Counted from the stretch's first letter, positions 11,646-21,209 are shown. The stretch is 64,000 nucleotides of DNA from an uncultured Gammaproteobacteria bacterium (GCA_942491945.1 CALODD010000067.1:4518-68517); one strand, 5' to 3'. Translations and numbers: made by a program. Notes: generated from the sequence alone by a model not told the origin.

Positions 11646-12740
11646 ATGGCGGATTTCGTCAACACTCCAGACTACCAACATGGCACGCAGGGAATTACCG
11701 GCGTGCTGGTTACCAATCTCGGTACGCCTGATGCGCCGACTACCGGTGCATTGCGTCGTTATCTCGCAGAGTTTCTGTCTGACCCCCGTGTGGTCGAATT
11801 TCCACGCCTGCTGTGGAAAATCATTCTGTACGGAGTGATTCTGAATATTCGCCCGCCGCGTTCGGCAAAAGCCTATGCCAAAGTCTGGTCTGCCGAAGGT
11901 TCTCCATTACTCGCCATTGGTAAAAAACAGGCCGCAGCTCTTCAAGACAAGCTTTCTCAATCGATCAACGGCCCGGTCAAAGTCGAACTGGCCATGCGCT
12001 ACGGCAACCCCTCTATTCCAGATGCAATGGAAAAGCTACGTCAGGCTAATGTCAGCCGACTTCTAGTGCTACCGCTTTACCCGCAGTATTCAGCATCTAC
12101 TGGCGCTTCTACATTTGATGCCGTTAGCGACGTCCTGAAAACCTGGCGCTGGCTACCGCAATTACGCATGGTCATGGACTATCATCAACACGACAGCTGG
12201 TTAGATGCCGTCGTCAATTCCATTCGTGAACATTGGGATAAAAATGGCCAGGCACAGAAACTGATGATGTCATTCCACGGTTTGCCGAAACGTTTCCTGC
12301 TCAATGGCGACCCATATCACTGCCAGTGCCATGTTAGCGCCCGCAAGATCGCCGAAAAACTCGAGTTAAACGAAGATCAGTGGCAGCTAGTATTCCAGTC
12401 ACGTTTTGGCCGCGAAGAATGGCTCAAACCTTATTGTGACAAGACGCTAGAAACACTGGCACAAGAAGGTCTGGAAAGCGTCGACATGGTCTGTCCCGGT
12501 TTCTCTGCTGATTGCCTGGAGACGCTGGAAGAGGTTGCGATGGAAAATCGTGATATATTCCTCGAGGCTGGGGGCAAGCAATATACTTATATACCGGCAT
12601 TGAATGATCGTGAAGATCATATCGATGCACTGGTCGAACTGGTACAACAGAATCTCGCCGGTTGGCCCATTGAAGAAATACCTGCCGAAGAACGTGAAGC
12701 AGGACGTCAGCGCGCATTAACTTGTGGCGCAGAAAATTAA
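11646..12740 (+). CDS. hemH: Ferrochelatase
   Basis: Likely start at 11646; GVLVTNLGTP, YLAEFLSDPRVVE, AMRYGNP, LPLYPQYS, SFHGLP, FQSRFG, CPGFSADCLETLEE. Confidence 0.96.
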   Translation: MADFVNTPDYQHGTQGITGVLVTNLGTPDAPTTGALRRYLAEFLSDPRVVEFPRLLWKIILYGVILNIRPPRSAKAYAKVWSAEGSPLLAIGKKQAAALQDKLSQSINGPVKVELAMRYGNPSIPDAMEKLRQANVSRLLVLPLYPQYSASTGASTFDAVSDVLKTWRWLPQLRMVMDYHQHDSWLDAVVNSIREHWDKNGQAQKLMMSFHGLPKRFLLNGDPYHCQCHVSARKIAEKLELNEDQWQLVFQSRFGREEWLKPYCDKTLETLAQEGLESVDMVCPGFSADCLETLEEVAMENRDIFLEAGGKQYTYIPALNDREDHIDALVELVQQNLAGWPIEEIPAEEREAGRQRALTCGAEN

Positions 12741-12770
12741 ATCAGAGATTGTTGAGACAGGGATTTCACC

Positions 12771-13790
12771 ATGAGTGATGACGACAAGATCAGCGCAAGC
12801 GAACTGCGCGAAGAAGAACCTTCTATCCAGGAGTTTCACCCTTTACTGGGTTCACTGGATTTACGTACCGGTTATAGCAATAACATCCTGATCCGTATGG
12901 CGATCATTGCCGTTGTTATCGTTGGTATCGTGCTTTGGCAAATGGAGCTGGTGAAAGATATATATATCCGGCATTCGGTTGAAGATCTGGGCATACTGAT
13001 CAACGGCAGCATCTTGTTTCTATTCGCCATAGGCGTGATCAAACTAATCTTCACGTTTATACGCTACGCTGCCGAAGAAGCGGCCATTGCTCGCTTTGTA
13101 AAGAACGTGAAAAAGAATGCGATGGATCCGGTTAAACGGGTTCCCGTTAATTCCATTATCTCTCGTCGCTATATGCTTATGCAGGCTATGTCTGAACAGC
13201 GTTTTCTAATTAATCATAGTGCATTGGCTTCTATGTTGCTTGCCAGTGAAAGCACTCGAACCAGCATGGCCAAATTCATTAATAATATTCTTATTCTTGC
13301 CGGTGTATTCGGAACGATTGTCTCCCTCTCGGTTGCCTTGCTTGGAGCCTCTGATCTGTTAACCACAACTGGCGGTACTGGTGGTATGTCGCAAGTACTG
13401 TCCGGCATGTCGACTGCTCTTTCCACGACTATTACAGCGATTGTCTGTTATCTGTATTTTGGTTACTTCTTTTTGAAAGTAAACGACGTACAGACCAACG
13501 TGGTCAACAATGTCGAACAGATTACTGCTGCTCTGTTAATTCCAAAATTCAGTCTGCAGGGCGATACCGTCATGCAGGACGTTGCAACGCTAGCGCGCAA
13601 GCTGCAGAAACTGGTTGATAAACTGGAAGAAGCCCAGGCGCGATACTCCGCTTCGGGCCAGAAACTTCTCGATGCTGTGAGTAGCTACAGTATCCGTGGC
13701 CAGAGTATTTCCAACGACATCAGTATCATCAAGGAACTGCTTCGCTCTGGTTTCCGTCTGTATGAAGATGACCAGGAAGACGAAGCCTAA
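12771..13790 (+). CDS. MotA/TolQ/ExbB proton-channel family protein
   Basis: Two N-terminal TM helices, a cytoplasmic segment, then the channel hairpin LAGVFGTIVSL...GMSTALSTTITAI, and a roughly 100-aa helical C-terminal tail. Confidence 0.82.
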   Translation: MSDDDKISASELREEEPSIQEFHPLLGSLDLRTGYSNNILIRMAIIAVVIVGIVLWQMELVKDIYIRHSVEDLGILINGSILFLFAIGVIKLIFTFIRYAAEEAAIARFVKNVKKNAMDPVKRVPVNSIISRRYMLMQAMSEQRFLINHSALASMLLASESTRTSMAKFINNILILAGVFGTIVSLSVALLGASDLLTTTGGTGGMSQVLSGMSTALSTTITAIVCYLYFGYFFLKVNDVQTNVVNNVEQITAALLIPKFSLQGDTVMQDVATLARKLQKLVDKLEEAQARYSASGQKLLDAVSSYSIRGQSISNDISIIKELLRSGFRLYEDDQEDEA

Positions 13791-13822
13791 GCCGTCGTTG
13801 TAACGCTTAACGGAACGAAATT

Positions 13823-14764
13823 ATGTTTTCAGACGGTTTTACAGACTTACGCATGAATCACCAGAATGGTCAGGGTGATGATAGCTTCTGGCCATCGTTC
13901 ACCGATATCATGACCGTCATCGTCATGATCTTCCTGCTCGCCATGGTGGTGGTCATGATTCGTAACAGCGAATTGATCGACCGTCTGAAGGCAACCATGG
14001 AAGCTGAACGTGAGGCCGCAGAACTGGTACGTAAAACAGCCACCGAGAAAGAAGGACTGGCAATCAAGCTCATCGAAGCCGAACAACTACTGTCTATGCT
14101 TCGTCTGGAGCATATGAAAGTCACCGAACAACGTGATCTGGGTCGAAAAACAGTGGCTGAGCGTGATGCAGAATTAAGACAGTTAAAGTCCGAATTCGCG
14201 ACAACTCAGGCGGCACTGGATACCACGCGCAGCGAATTAACACAGACCAGCCAGCAGCTGACTCAAACCGAAACGCGTCTCACCCAGACCATGCAACAAC
14301 GTGATCTGTTAGCGGAACAACTGGAAGACAATCAGACCAAATTTGCAGCCTTACAACGAGAGCATCAGGAACAGGGGACACAGCTTCATGCTATGAAACT
14401 TAGCTCTGAAGAAAGCTCCAGCAAGCTGGCGGTTCTCGGCGGTGAATACGATGAACTAAAAGAAAAGTATGACAAACTGGTTCGACCTGCTCGTACGGCT
14501 CGTGGTAAAACTATTGTAGAAGTACGTAAGACCAAGAGTGCAGGTAAAGAAGAGATCGCAATCAAGTTACCTGGAAAGAAGGCTTTCAAAGTAGTTACCG
14601 AAGCACGTATGCATAAGGAGCTGACAACATTGCAAAAGAAGTTCAGCAAATCACTTTATGTAAAAATTATCTTTCCTGAAAACAGCGGCCTGTCTTATAA
14701 CGAAGCCTGGGGCTTTACGAATAAGCTGCATAAAAAATACGACTACTATTTCCAAGAAAAATAA
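13823..14764 (+). CDS. MotB/ExbD-like single-TM partner with a long coiled coil and a non-OmpA C-terminal domain
   Basis: SFWPSFTDIMTVIVMIFLLAMVV TM with Asp28, then ~165 aa of heptad-rich sequence and ~95 aa alpha/beta domain; no OmpA-type LSxxRA motif. Confidence 0.72.
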   Translation: MFSDGFTDLRMNHQNGQGDDSFWPSFTDIMTVIVMIFLLAMVVVMIRNSELIDRLKATMEAEREAAELVRKTATEKEGLAIKLIEAEQLLSMLRLEHMKVTEQRDLGRKTVAERDAELRQLKSEFATTQAALDTTRSELTQTSQQLTQTETRLTQTMQQRDLLAEQLEDNQTKFAALQREHQEQGTQLHAMKLSSEESSSKLAVLGGEYDELKEKYDKLVRPARTARGKTIVEVRKTKSAGKEEIAIKLPGKKAFKVVTEARMHKELTTLQKKFSKSLYVKIIFPENSGLSYNEAWGFTNKLHKKYDYYFQEK

Positions 14765-14782
14765 CGTTAAGAATAGATATCA

Positions 14783-15934
14783 TTGGGCACCATGACAGAT
14801 CAAGTTAAACGCCCAGGCCGCCGTTGGTTGATACCGGTAATTCTACTGGTATCAATAGTTGCCGCCGCGGCATTAATCTCAGGCAAACCATCTGCCAAGA
14901 CGGCAAGTGTTACCGAGGCGACCCGTAAGGTCGACGCATTGACGGTAACTACAGGAACGTTTGCACCGACTGTCCCTCTGTATGTCACAGTAACCACGCC
15001 TCACCATTCTCGCTTACGTGCATCCATTACTGCCGACGTAAAACAGGTCATTGCTTTACAGGGTAATCGAGTCGCAAAAGACGCCCTGCTAATTGAGCTT
15101 GATGATCGTGAGGCACAGCTAGTTAAACAGCAACGCCAGGCTGATGTGATTGATGCTCAATCACAGATCGACTCCGAACGACTCAAACACAAAAATGAGT
15201 TATTCGTCATTCGTAATGATAAAGGTAAACGTGCTGATCATAATCGTGAGCAAATAATAAAAGGGCATAACATTCGCCTGAATGGTCTGAAGGCAAAACT
15301 ACAACGTGCAAAAACAGCTTTAGAGTTAGCTGAACTTGATTTGCAACGTACACAAATCAAAGCACCATTCGATGGACAGATAACGACTACGCAGGTATCA
15401 CCTGGAGACCGCGTTCGCCCAGGGGATACATTACTTGAGATTTTTGACCGTGGTTCTCTGGAACTGACTGGTACTATCGCTCAACGTTACACTTCAGCCA
15501 TTCAGTCTAGCCTTAATAAGAATGTTCCGCTGACAGCGACAACAAACCGGCAGGGAAAAATACTTACGGCAACGTTAGACCGTATTAGCGGCAATGTTGA
15601 TAAAGACAGTGGCGGACTGCTTGCTATTTTTAAAATCGACTCCAGTGATACAGGCCTGTCACTCGGTCGCAATCTACGTCTGCAACTGCAGTTACCCGAG
15701 ATTAATCAAACCTTTGTTGCGCCGAATACAGCGATTTTTGGTACTAATCGTGTTTATAAAATCATTGATGGTCGTTTAAAGGCCGTACAGGTAACACGGC
15801 TTGGTGACTACCCGCCTACTGATGGCACCCCAAGTAGTCTGTTACAAAGTAACGAGATAAGTAATGGCGATATGTTACTTAAAACCCAACTTCCTAATGC
15901 GATAGAAAACCTGCTTGTTGAGCCCTCAAGCTAG
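14783..15934 (+). CDS. RND efflux periplasmic adaptor (membrane fusion protein)
   Basis: N-terminal TM, lipoyl-like halves (GNRVAKDALLIELD; IKAPFDGQI...VSPGDRV) around an alpha-hairpin. Confidence 0.88.
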   Translation: MGTMTDQVKRPGRRWLIPVILLVSIVAAAALISGKPSAKTASVTEATRKVDALTVTTGTFAPTVPLYVTVTTPHHSRLRASITADVKQVIALQGNRVAKDALLIELDDREAQLVKQQRQADVIDAQSQIDSERLKHKNELFVIRNDKGKRADHNREQIIKGHNIRLNGLKAKLQRAKTALELAELDLQRTQIKAPFDGQITTTQVSPGDRVRPGDTLLEIFDRGSLELTGTIAQRYTSAIQSSLNKNVPLTATTNRQGKILTATLDRISGNVDKDSGGLLAIFKIDSSDTGLSLGRNLRLQLQLPEINQTFVAPNTAIFGTNRVYKIIDGRLKAVQVTRLGDYPPTDGTPSSLLQSNEISNGDMLLKTQLPNAIENLLVEPSS

Positions 15935-15940
15935 AAGCGC

Positions 15941-18900
15941 ATGGAAACCTTCCATCATCGGAATAATATACTTGGCACCTTTGCACAGCACCGTGTAGCT
16001 GCCAATCTGCTCATGATCATCATGCTCATGTGTGGTGTATGGGCTTTGATATATCTCAATACCCAATTCTTCCCCAGCTACACTCTTGAAAAAATTAACG
16101 TCCGCGTTGTCTGGCGTGGTGCCAGTGCAGAAGATGCCGAGACTGGCTTAACTAATCGAATAGAAGAGGCCTTACGTACACAGGAAAACCTGCGTGATAT
16201 AACCTCGACTTCAGCCGAGGGCATTTCATCGGTATCTCTGGAGTTTGAGTCCGGCACCGATATGTCTCGTGCACTGGACCAGGTAAAAGAAAAGGTCGCT
16301 TTGATTCGTGATTTACCCGCTGATATCGAAGAGCCCGAGATTACTCGCTTAACCATTTATGACCGCGTTGCTCGTGTACTGGTCTGGAGCGAGCACGATG
16401 CACGTGCGCTACCGGCATTAGTACAACGTTATGAAAGGGAACTGCTCGATCGGGGCATAACCAATATCGAATTTACCGGTTTACCCGAACAGGAAATCGC
16501 GATTCAGTTCGATATCGAAAACCTCTATGAAATGAATCAGTCACTGGATCAGATTGGCCGAACGATTGGACAACTGAGTACGGAAACACCCGCAGGAAAT
16601 CTCAACCGACAGCAACTCAGTCAGCAGCTTCGTAGTCCGGAACAACTCAAGACTCCGCAAGACTATTCGCAACTGTCAGTCAGTACGCAATCGGGGGCAA
16701 TACCGCTTGGCGACATAGCGACTATCGAACGACGTACACGCGATAATCAAACCAGTATTACCTATCAAGGCCATCCTGCAATTGAAATGCGGCTGTTGCG
16801 CATTGAAGGCCACGACAGTCTCAAGTCCGCTCGTGTTCTTGAAAAATGGGTAGCAGATACTTTACCCACTCTACCTGAGGGCGTTGGTATAAAGGTCTTT
16901 GATCAACGTTGGCAATACATTGAACAACGCATCAATCTATTATTGGAAAACGGCCTGGGTGGACTAATGCTTGTCATTGCTATCCTGTTTTTCTTTTTAC
17001 GTGGCCCTGTTGCGTTCTGGGTTGCTGTCGGTATTCCCATTTCATTCATGGCAGCGCTAGCTGCACTTTATGTCTTTGGTGGCTCGATCAATATGGTCAG
17101 TCTATTCGGACTCATCATGGCGCTCGGTATTATTGTTGATGATGCCATCGTAGTTGGCGAAGATGCGATGACGCACTATGAAATGGGAGAGGCCCCATTA
17201 CAGGCGGCGGAAGGTGGTGCATGGCGCATGTTCGCACCGGTTATCTCTTCATCACTGACAACTGTCGCTGCATTTATTCCTCTGATGATGCTGAGTGGTT
17301 TTATAGGCAAGCTACTATTTGCCATTCCACTCGTTGTTATCTGCGTCATTATTGCTTCTTTAATAGAAAGCTTCCTTATCTTACCGGGCCACTTACGACA
17401 TTCATTTGAAGGCTTACACAAAAAACGTAACCAGTCACCGTCGCCAACACGTCAGCGTATTGATAACTGGTTTAATGATTTTCGTGATAAACGTTTTCGG
17501 CGTTGGGTAGAAAATGCAATTTCTAATCCATGGCAAACACTTATGCTGGTCTTCGCAGTCAGCATCATCACCATTGGTCTACTCGTCGGCGGAAGAATTC
17601 CTTTTACCTTTATGCCTCAAACAGAATCAGGCCTGGTCTCCGCTAACATTCAATTTACTGCTGGCACGCCTCGCCACCAGGTCGGCGAATATCTAACACA
17701 CGTCGAGAAAGCCCTGGATGAAATCGATCAACAACACCCAGGATTAATTCTGTTGTATTCCAGTCGTCTCGGTGAAAACCTCACCAGCCACGGTGGTAGT
17801 TCACAGAAGGGCGATCGTTACGCGAGCATACTGATTGAACTGGTCGCATCTGATGAGCGTGATATACGTAACCCGCAGTTTATAAAGATGCTGAAGGATA
17901 AACTGCCAGAACCAGCTGCATTAGAAAATTTGCTCATCACTAGTCGACAGGCAGGACCTGGCGGTCGAGACCTTACATTCCAGTTAAGTGGCGGTAGCCC
18001 GTCAGATTTAAAACAGGCGGCTGAAGAACTCGCGGAAGTGTTACGACAAACACCGGCTGTCTTTGCTGTCGATGATGATATGCCATACGGCCAGACTCAG
18101 TTAGTCTTTGAGTTAAGTCCACAGGGCAGGGCGATAGGTATCACTACGCAGGAAATCGGTCGGCAACTGCGTGCGGCTTACGATGGCTACATCATTCAGG
18201 TATTCCAGGATGGCTATGATGAAATCGAAGTTCGTACGATATTAAATGATGAACAGCGTAATGGCTTTACTACATTAGAAGCACTGCCAATCCGGTTACC
18301 CACTGGTGAACAGGCGGCATTAAGTTCACTGGTTGATTTCAAGCATCAACGCGGCTTTGAAATCCTCCGTCATGAAAAAGGTCGTCTTGCTTTAGAAGTC
18401 TCTGCCGATGTCGACGAAGCTCAGGGTAATGCCAATAACATTACCGAAGAAATTTTAAGTAAGGCCTTACCGGATATTGCTGCCAAATATCACATTGAAT
18501 ATAGCGCAACCGGTACTGCCGCCGATCAACAGGAAACCTTCAGTGAAATGAAAATTGGTTCCCTGTATGCACTGGCATTAATTTATCTCATCCTCGCCTG
18601 GATATTTTCATCCTATGGCTGGCCTCTCGTAGTTATGGCGATTATTCCTTTCGCTATTATCGGTGCTATCTTTGGTCACTGGGTCACAGGAATTAACTTA
18701 ACAATACTCTCCCTGTTCGGGCTGTTTGGCTTAGCCGGTATCGTAGTTAACGATTCTATTATTCTCGTGACCTTTTATCGGCAATTACGAAAGGACGGCA
18801 TGAAACGACAGGATGCCATCGTTGAGGCATCCGTTCTACGATTACGTGCGGTGCTACTCACTTCAATGACAACGATTGCCGGCCTGATACCGTTATTATT

Positions 18901-19435
18901 TGAAACATCACTACAGGCACAGTTCCTGATACCTATGGCGACATCTATTGCTTTCGGATTAGCATTTTCAACCGCATTAGTCCTGGTACTTGTTCCTCTC
19001 TTGCTTAATGCCTTCGAAACCTTTCAAGAAGATACTTCAATATCGAATACCCTATTCATCCAAATTATGGTTCCATTTTGGATACTACAGATACTTAGTT
19101 ACATACTATTCATCAATACCAGCCTATCAGCTCAAGTTTTACTTCCACTATTGATTTCCGAATTGTTAATCCCTGTAATTGTTGCTTACATAATAGGGAA
19201 GAATGGAGGCAGTATCAGTTATTCAGTTTTTGCTGCTACTACCTTAAGTTTTGCAGGAATACCTGTTGTGGCTTTTGCTTATTTTGCAATGGATACTTCA
19301 AGTACAAATTTATTACTACCGCTATTAATCACTACGCTTTTCTCAAAGAGCTTGATTGCAGCACTAACAAGGGTAGTTATGAAATATTCCAACACTTCTA
19401 TTTCGAAAAGCAAAGCAACTATAGACAATAGTTAA
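15941..19435 (+). CDS. RND transporter permease (AcrB/AcrD/AcrF family) with an extra hydrophobic C-terminal extension
   Basis: VAANLLM, GIIVDDAIVVGE, LTTVAAFIP, GIVVNDSIILV, RLRAVLLTSMTT; ~130 extra residues after the last canonical TM. Confidence 0.93.
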   Translation: METFHHRNNILGTFAQHRVAANLLMIIMLMCGVWALIYLNTQFFPSYTLEKINVRVVWRGASAEDAETGLTNRIEEALRTQENLRDITSTSAEGISSVSLEFESGTDMSRALDQVKEKVALIRDLPADIEEPEITRLTIYDRVARVLVWSEHDARALPALVQRYERELLDRGITNIEFTGLPEQEIAIQFDIENLYEMNQSLDQIGRTIGQLSTETPAGNLNRQQLSQQLRSPEQLKTPQDYSQLSVSTQSGAIPLGDIATIERRTRDNQTSITYQGHPAIEMRLLRIEGHDSLKSARVLEKWVADTLPTLPEGVGIKVFDQRWQYIEQRINLLLENGLGGLMLVIAILFFFLRGPVAFWVAVGIPISFMAALAALYVFGGSINMVSLFGLIMALGIIVDDAIVVGEDAMTHYEMGEAPLQAAEGGAWRMFAPVISSSLTTVAAFIPLMMLSGFIGKLLFAIPLVVICVIIASLIESFLILPGHLRHSFEGLHKKRNQSPSPTRQRIDNWFNDFRDKRFRRWVENAISNPWQTLMLVFAVSIITIGLLVGGRIPFTFMPQTESGLVSANIQFTAGTPRHQVGEYLTHVEKALDEIDQQHPGLILLYSSRLGENLTSHGGSSQKGDRYASILIELVASDERDIRNPQFIKMLKDKLPEPAALENLLITSRQAGPGGRDLTFQLSGGSPSDLKQAAEELAEVLRQTPAVFAVDDDMPYGQTQLVFELSPQGRAIGITTQEIGRQLRAAYDGYIIQVFQDGYDEIEVRTILNDEQRNGFTTLEALPIRLPTGEQAALSSLVDFKHQRGFEILRHEKGRLALEVSADVDEAQGNANNITEEILSKALPDIAAKYHIEYSATGTAADQQETFSEMKIGSLYALALIYLILAWIFSSYGWPLVVMAIIPFAIIGAIFGHWVTGINLTILSLFGLFGLAGIVVNDSIILVTFYRQLRKDGMKRQDAIVEASVLRLRAVLLTSMTTIAGLIPLLFETSLQAQFLIPMATSIAFGLAFSTALVLVLVPLLLNAFETFQEDTSISNTLFIQIMVPFWILQILSYILFINTSLSAQVLLPLLISELLIPVIVAYIIGKNGGSISYSVFAATTLSFAGIPVVAFAYFAMDTSSTNLLLPLLITTLFSKSLIAALTRVVMKYSNTSISKSKATIDNS

Positions 19436-19458
19436 ATATACAGAATCAGAGGTAAGGC

Positions 19459-20151
19459 ATGATAAAAAGAAATCTGGTCATTATATTCACCCTTATGATG
19501 CTTGTGTCATCCGGGCCATCGCTAACCCAGGAAACTTCTATTAGTCCAGGCATTAATCGCCATTACCAAGGTGCGCTACACAGTGACTGGTTACCTATCT
19601 TTGAATCCGAATCTAGAGAAGTCTTTGCACACCGTTATGAAATACTAGATGCTCTTAATATAAAGCCCGGTATGCGCATCGCTGATGTCGGTGCAGGTAC
19701 CGGTTTTTATTCTTTACTATTTGCCAAACAAACCGGCCCAGAAGGAAAAGTCTATGCGGTCGATATCACAGAAGACTTTATCGACAACATCAATCAACGT
19801 TCATCGACAGCTGGTATCAATAATCTAACCGGTATTGTAAACAACGATAAATCAGCTGGTTTGAAAAAGAACAGTGTTGATCTCATTTTTATCTGTAATA
19901 CCTATCATCACTTTGAATATCCGGAATCGATGATGACATCGATACACCAGGCTTTAACAGACGACGGTGAAGTGGTACTGATCGACTTTAGTAAAAATCC
20001 ATCCTTCAGCAGTGCCTGGATCATGGGTCATGTCCGAGCGAATCAACAACAAGTTATCGACGAAATGAAAAGTTTTGGTTTTACCGTTTCAAAGACCTTG
20101 CCGTTATTGAAACAGAACTATTTTATTAAATTCAAGAAGACAAAGAACTAA
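19459..20151 (+). CDS. Class I SAM-dependent methyltransferase with an N-terminal signal-peptide-like segment
   Basis: IADVGAGTG motif I, VYAVDI, DLIFICNTYHH; N-terminus MIKRNLVIIFTLMMLVSSG. Confidence 0.87.
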   Translation: MIKRNLVIIFTLMMLVSSGPSLTQETSISPGINRHYQGALHSDWLPIFESESREVFAHRYEILDALNIKPGMRIADVGAGTGFYSLLFAKQTGPEGKVYAVDITEDFIDNINQRSSTAGINNLTGIVNNDKSAGLKKNSVDLIFICNTYHHFEYPESMMTSIHQALTDDGEVVLIDFSKNPSFSSAWIMGHVRANQQQVIDEMKSFGFTVSKTLPLLKQNYFIKFKKTKN

Positions 20152-20262
20152 CTTCTTATAAATGCACGCAGAAGACATATAGAGCACGTAACACTGTTAC
20201 CTCTACAGACCAAGCATGACCTTGTTTCGCAGCAAGGTCACTTCCATCAAACCTAATCTAAA

Positions 20263-21063
20263 TCACATACACTCATACCGATCAATTAGCTGCCTTACCA
20301 ACCCGCTACGTACTATGTCGTTTCTATCAAACTCATGGATGTAAACATCGTGTAACCCTTCTACACGTTCAATTGCATCAGCCAGACCGTTTTTGGTTCT
20401 TATATCACTCTGTTTCACATCGCCATTGATCACGACTTTTGCACCTTCACCAATACGCGTCAGGAACATTTTCATCTGTGTGACACTGCTGTTTTGTGCT
20501 TCTTCCATAATAACGAAGGTGTCGTCACTGAAGGTTTTACCCCGCATATAGGCTAGCGGCGCAGCGACAATACGTCCATGGCGAACACAATAGTCCACCG
20601 CTCCGGATCCCAGGCGTTCATTCAGGATGTCTCGAAATGCATCGATATAGACTGAAAACTTATCATCGACCGCACCCGGCAAATAACCTAGCTGCTCACC
20701 AGCTTCGACAGCTGGGCGGGTCAGAATGATGCGCTCAATCTTGCCAGACTCGAGATATTCAGCAGCAAGTGATACGGCGCAGTAACTTTTGCCAGTTCCA
20801 GCTGGGCCGGTCCCAAACGTCAGGCTGTTATTACGCATGGCATTGATAAAACGTTTTTGGGACGTGTTACGGGCCTGGAGCGGCTGTTTCGATGGGGGGT
20901 GGGATATTGACGACTCGAGATGGCTCAAGTGCGCGTTGAGTTCGACGATTTCGGCGGTTTCCTGCTCGTATCGCCTTCTGGCTTTTTTCTTGTGTCCTCT
21001 TTGTCTCCTGTTTTCTGGTTGTTTAACTTGTTGTGCGTATCGTCTTTGAGACTTTTTCGCCAT
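20263..21063 (-). CDS. phoH: PhoH-family ATPase
   Basis: GTGPAGTGKS Walker A, ILTRPAVEAGEQLGYLPG, LAYMRGKTF, EAQN, MFLTRIG, NGDVKQSD. Confidence 0.9.
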   Translation of the reverse strand: MAKKSQRRYAQQVKQPENRRQRGHKKKARRRYEQETAEIVELNAHLSHLESSISHPPSKQPLQARNTSQKRFINAMRNNSLTFGTGPAGTGKSYCAVSLAAEYLESGKIERIILTRPAVEAGEQLGYLPGAVDDKFSVYIDAFRDILNERLGSGAVDYCVRHGRIVAAPLAYMRGKTFSDDTFVIMEEAQNSSVTQMKMFLTRIGEGAKVVINGDVKQSDIRTKNGLADAIERVEGLHDVYIHEFDRNDIVRSGLVRQLIDRYECM

Positions 21064-21114
21064 AGAGCTTTTCCCCCCAGGTTTATTTAAGAAAAAAGGT
21101 GTATTACGTTGTTT

Positions 21115-21199
21115 CTCCTACTAGATTTAGTGGTATTGGACTAAACATAGCACAAAATATACTGCTATGCCTATATGACAGGGGAATGTCAGTAGGGAG
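21115..21199 (-). ncRNA. Candidate structured RNA (four-way junction) in the phoH leader region
   Basis: Three abutting perfect inverted repeats (6, 7 and 5 bp) enclosed by a 7-bp outer stem with one bulge; no family recognised. Confidence 0.3.
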
Positions 21200-21209
21200 T
21201 TTTTTCTTC

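Noticed and set aside
12771-14764. Calling the motor pair Zorya (zorAB) or flagellar motAB
   Set aside because: The B subunit lacks an OmpA-like domain, there are no zorC/D/E or flagellar genes nearby, the A tail is short, and the context is housekeeping genes.
21115-21199. tRNA gene
   Set aside because: Cloverleaf-like, but no TTCRA T-loop, no D-loop GG, no 7-nt anticodon loop and no CCA end.
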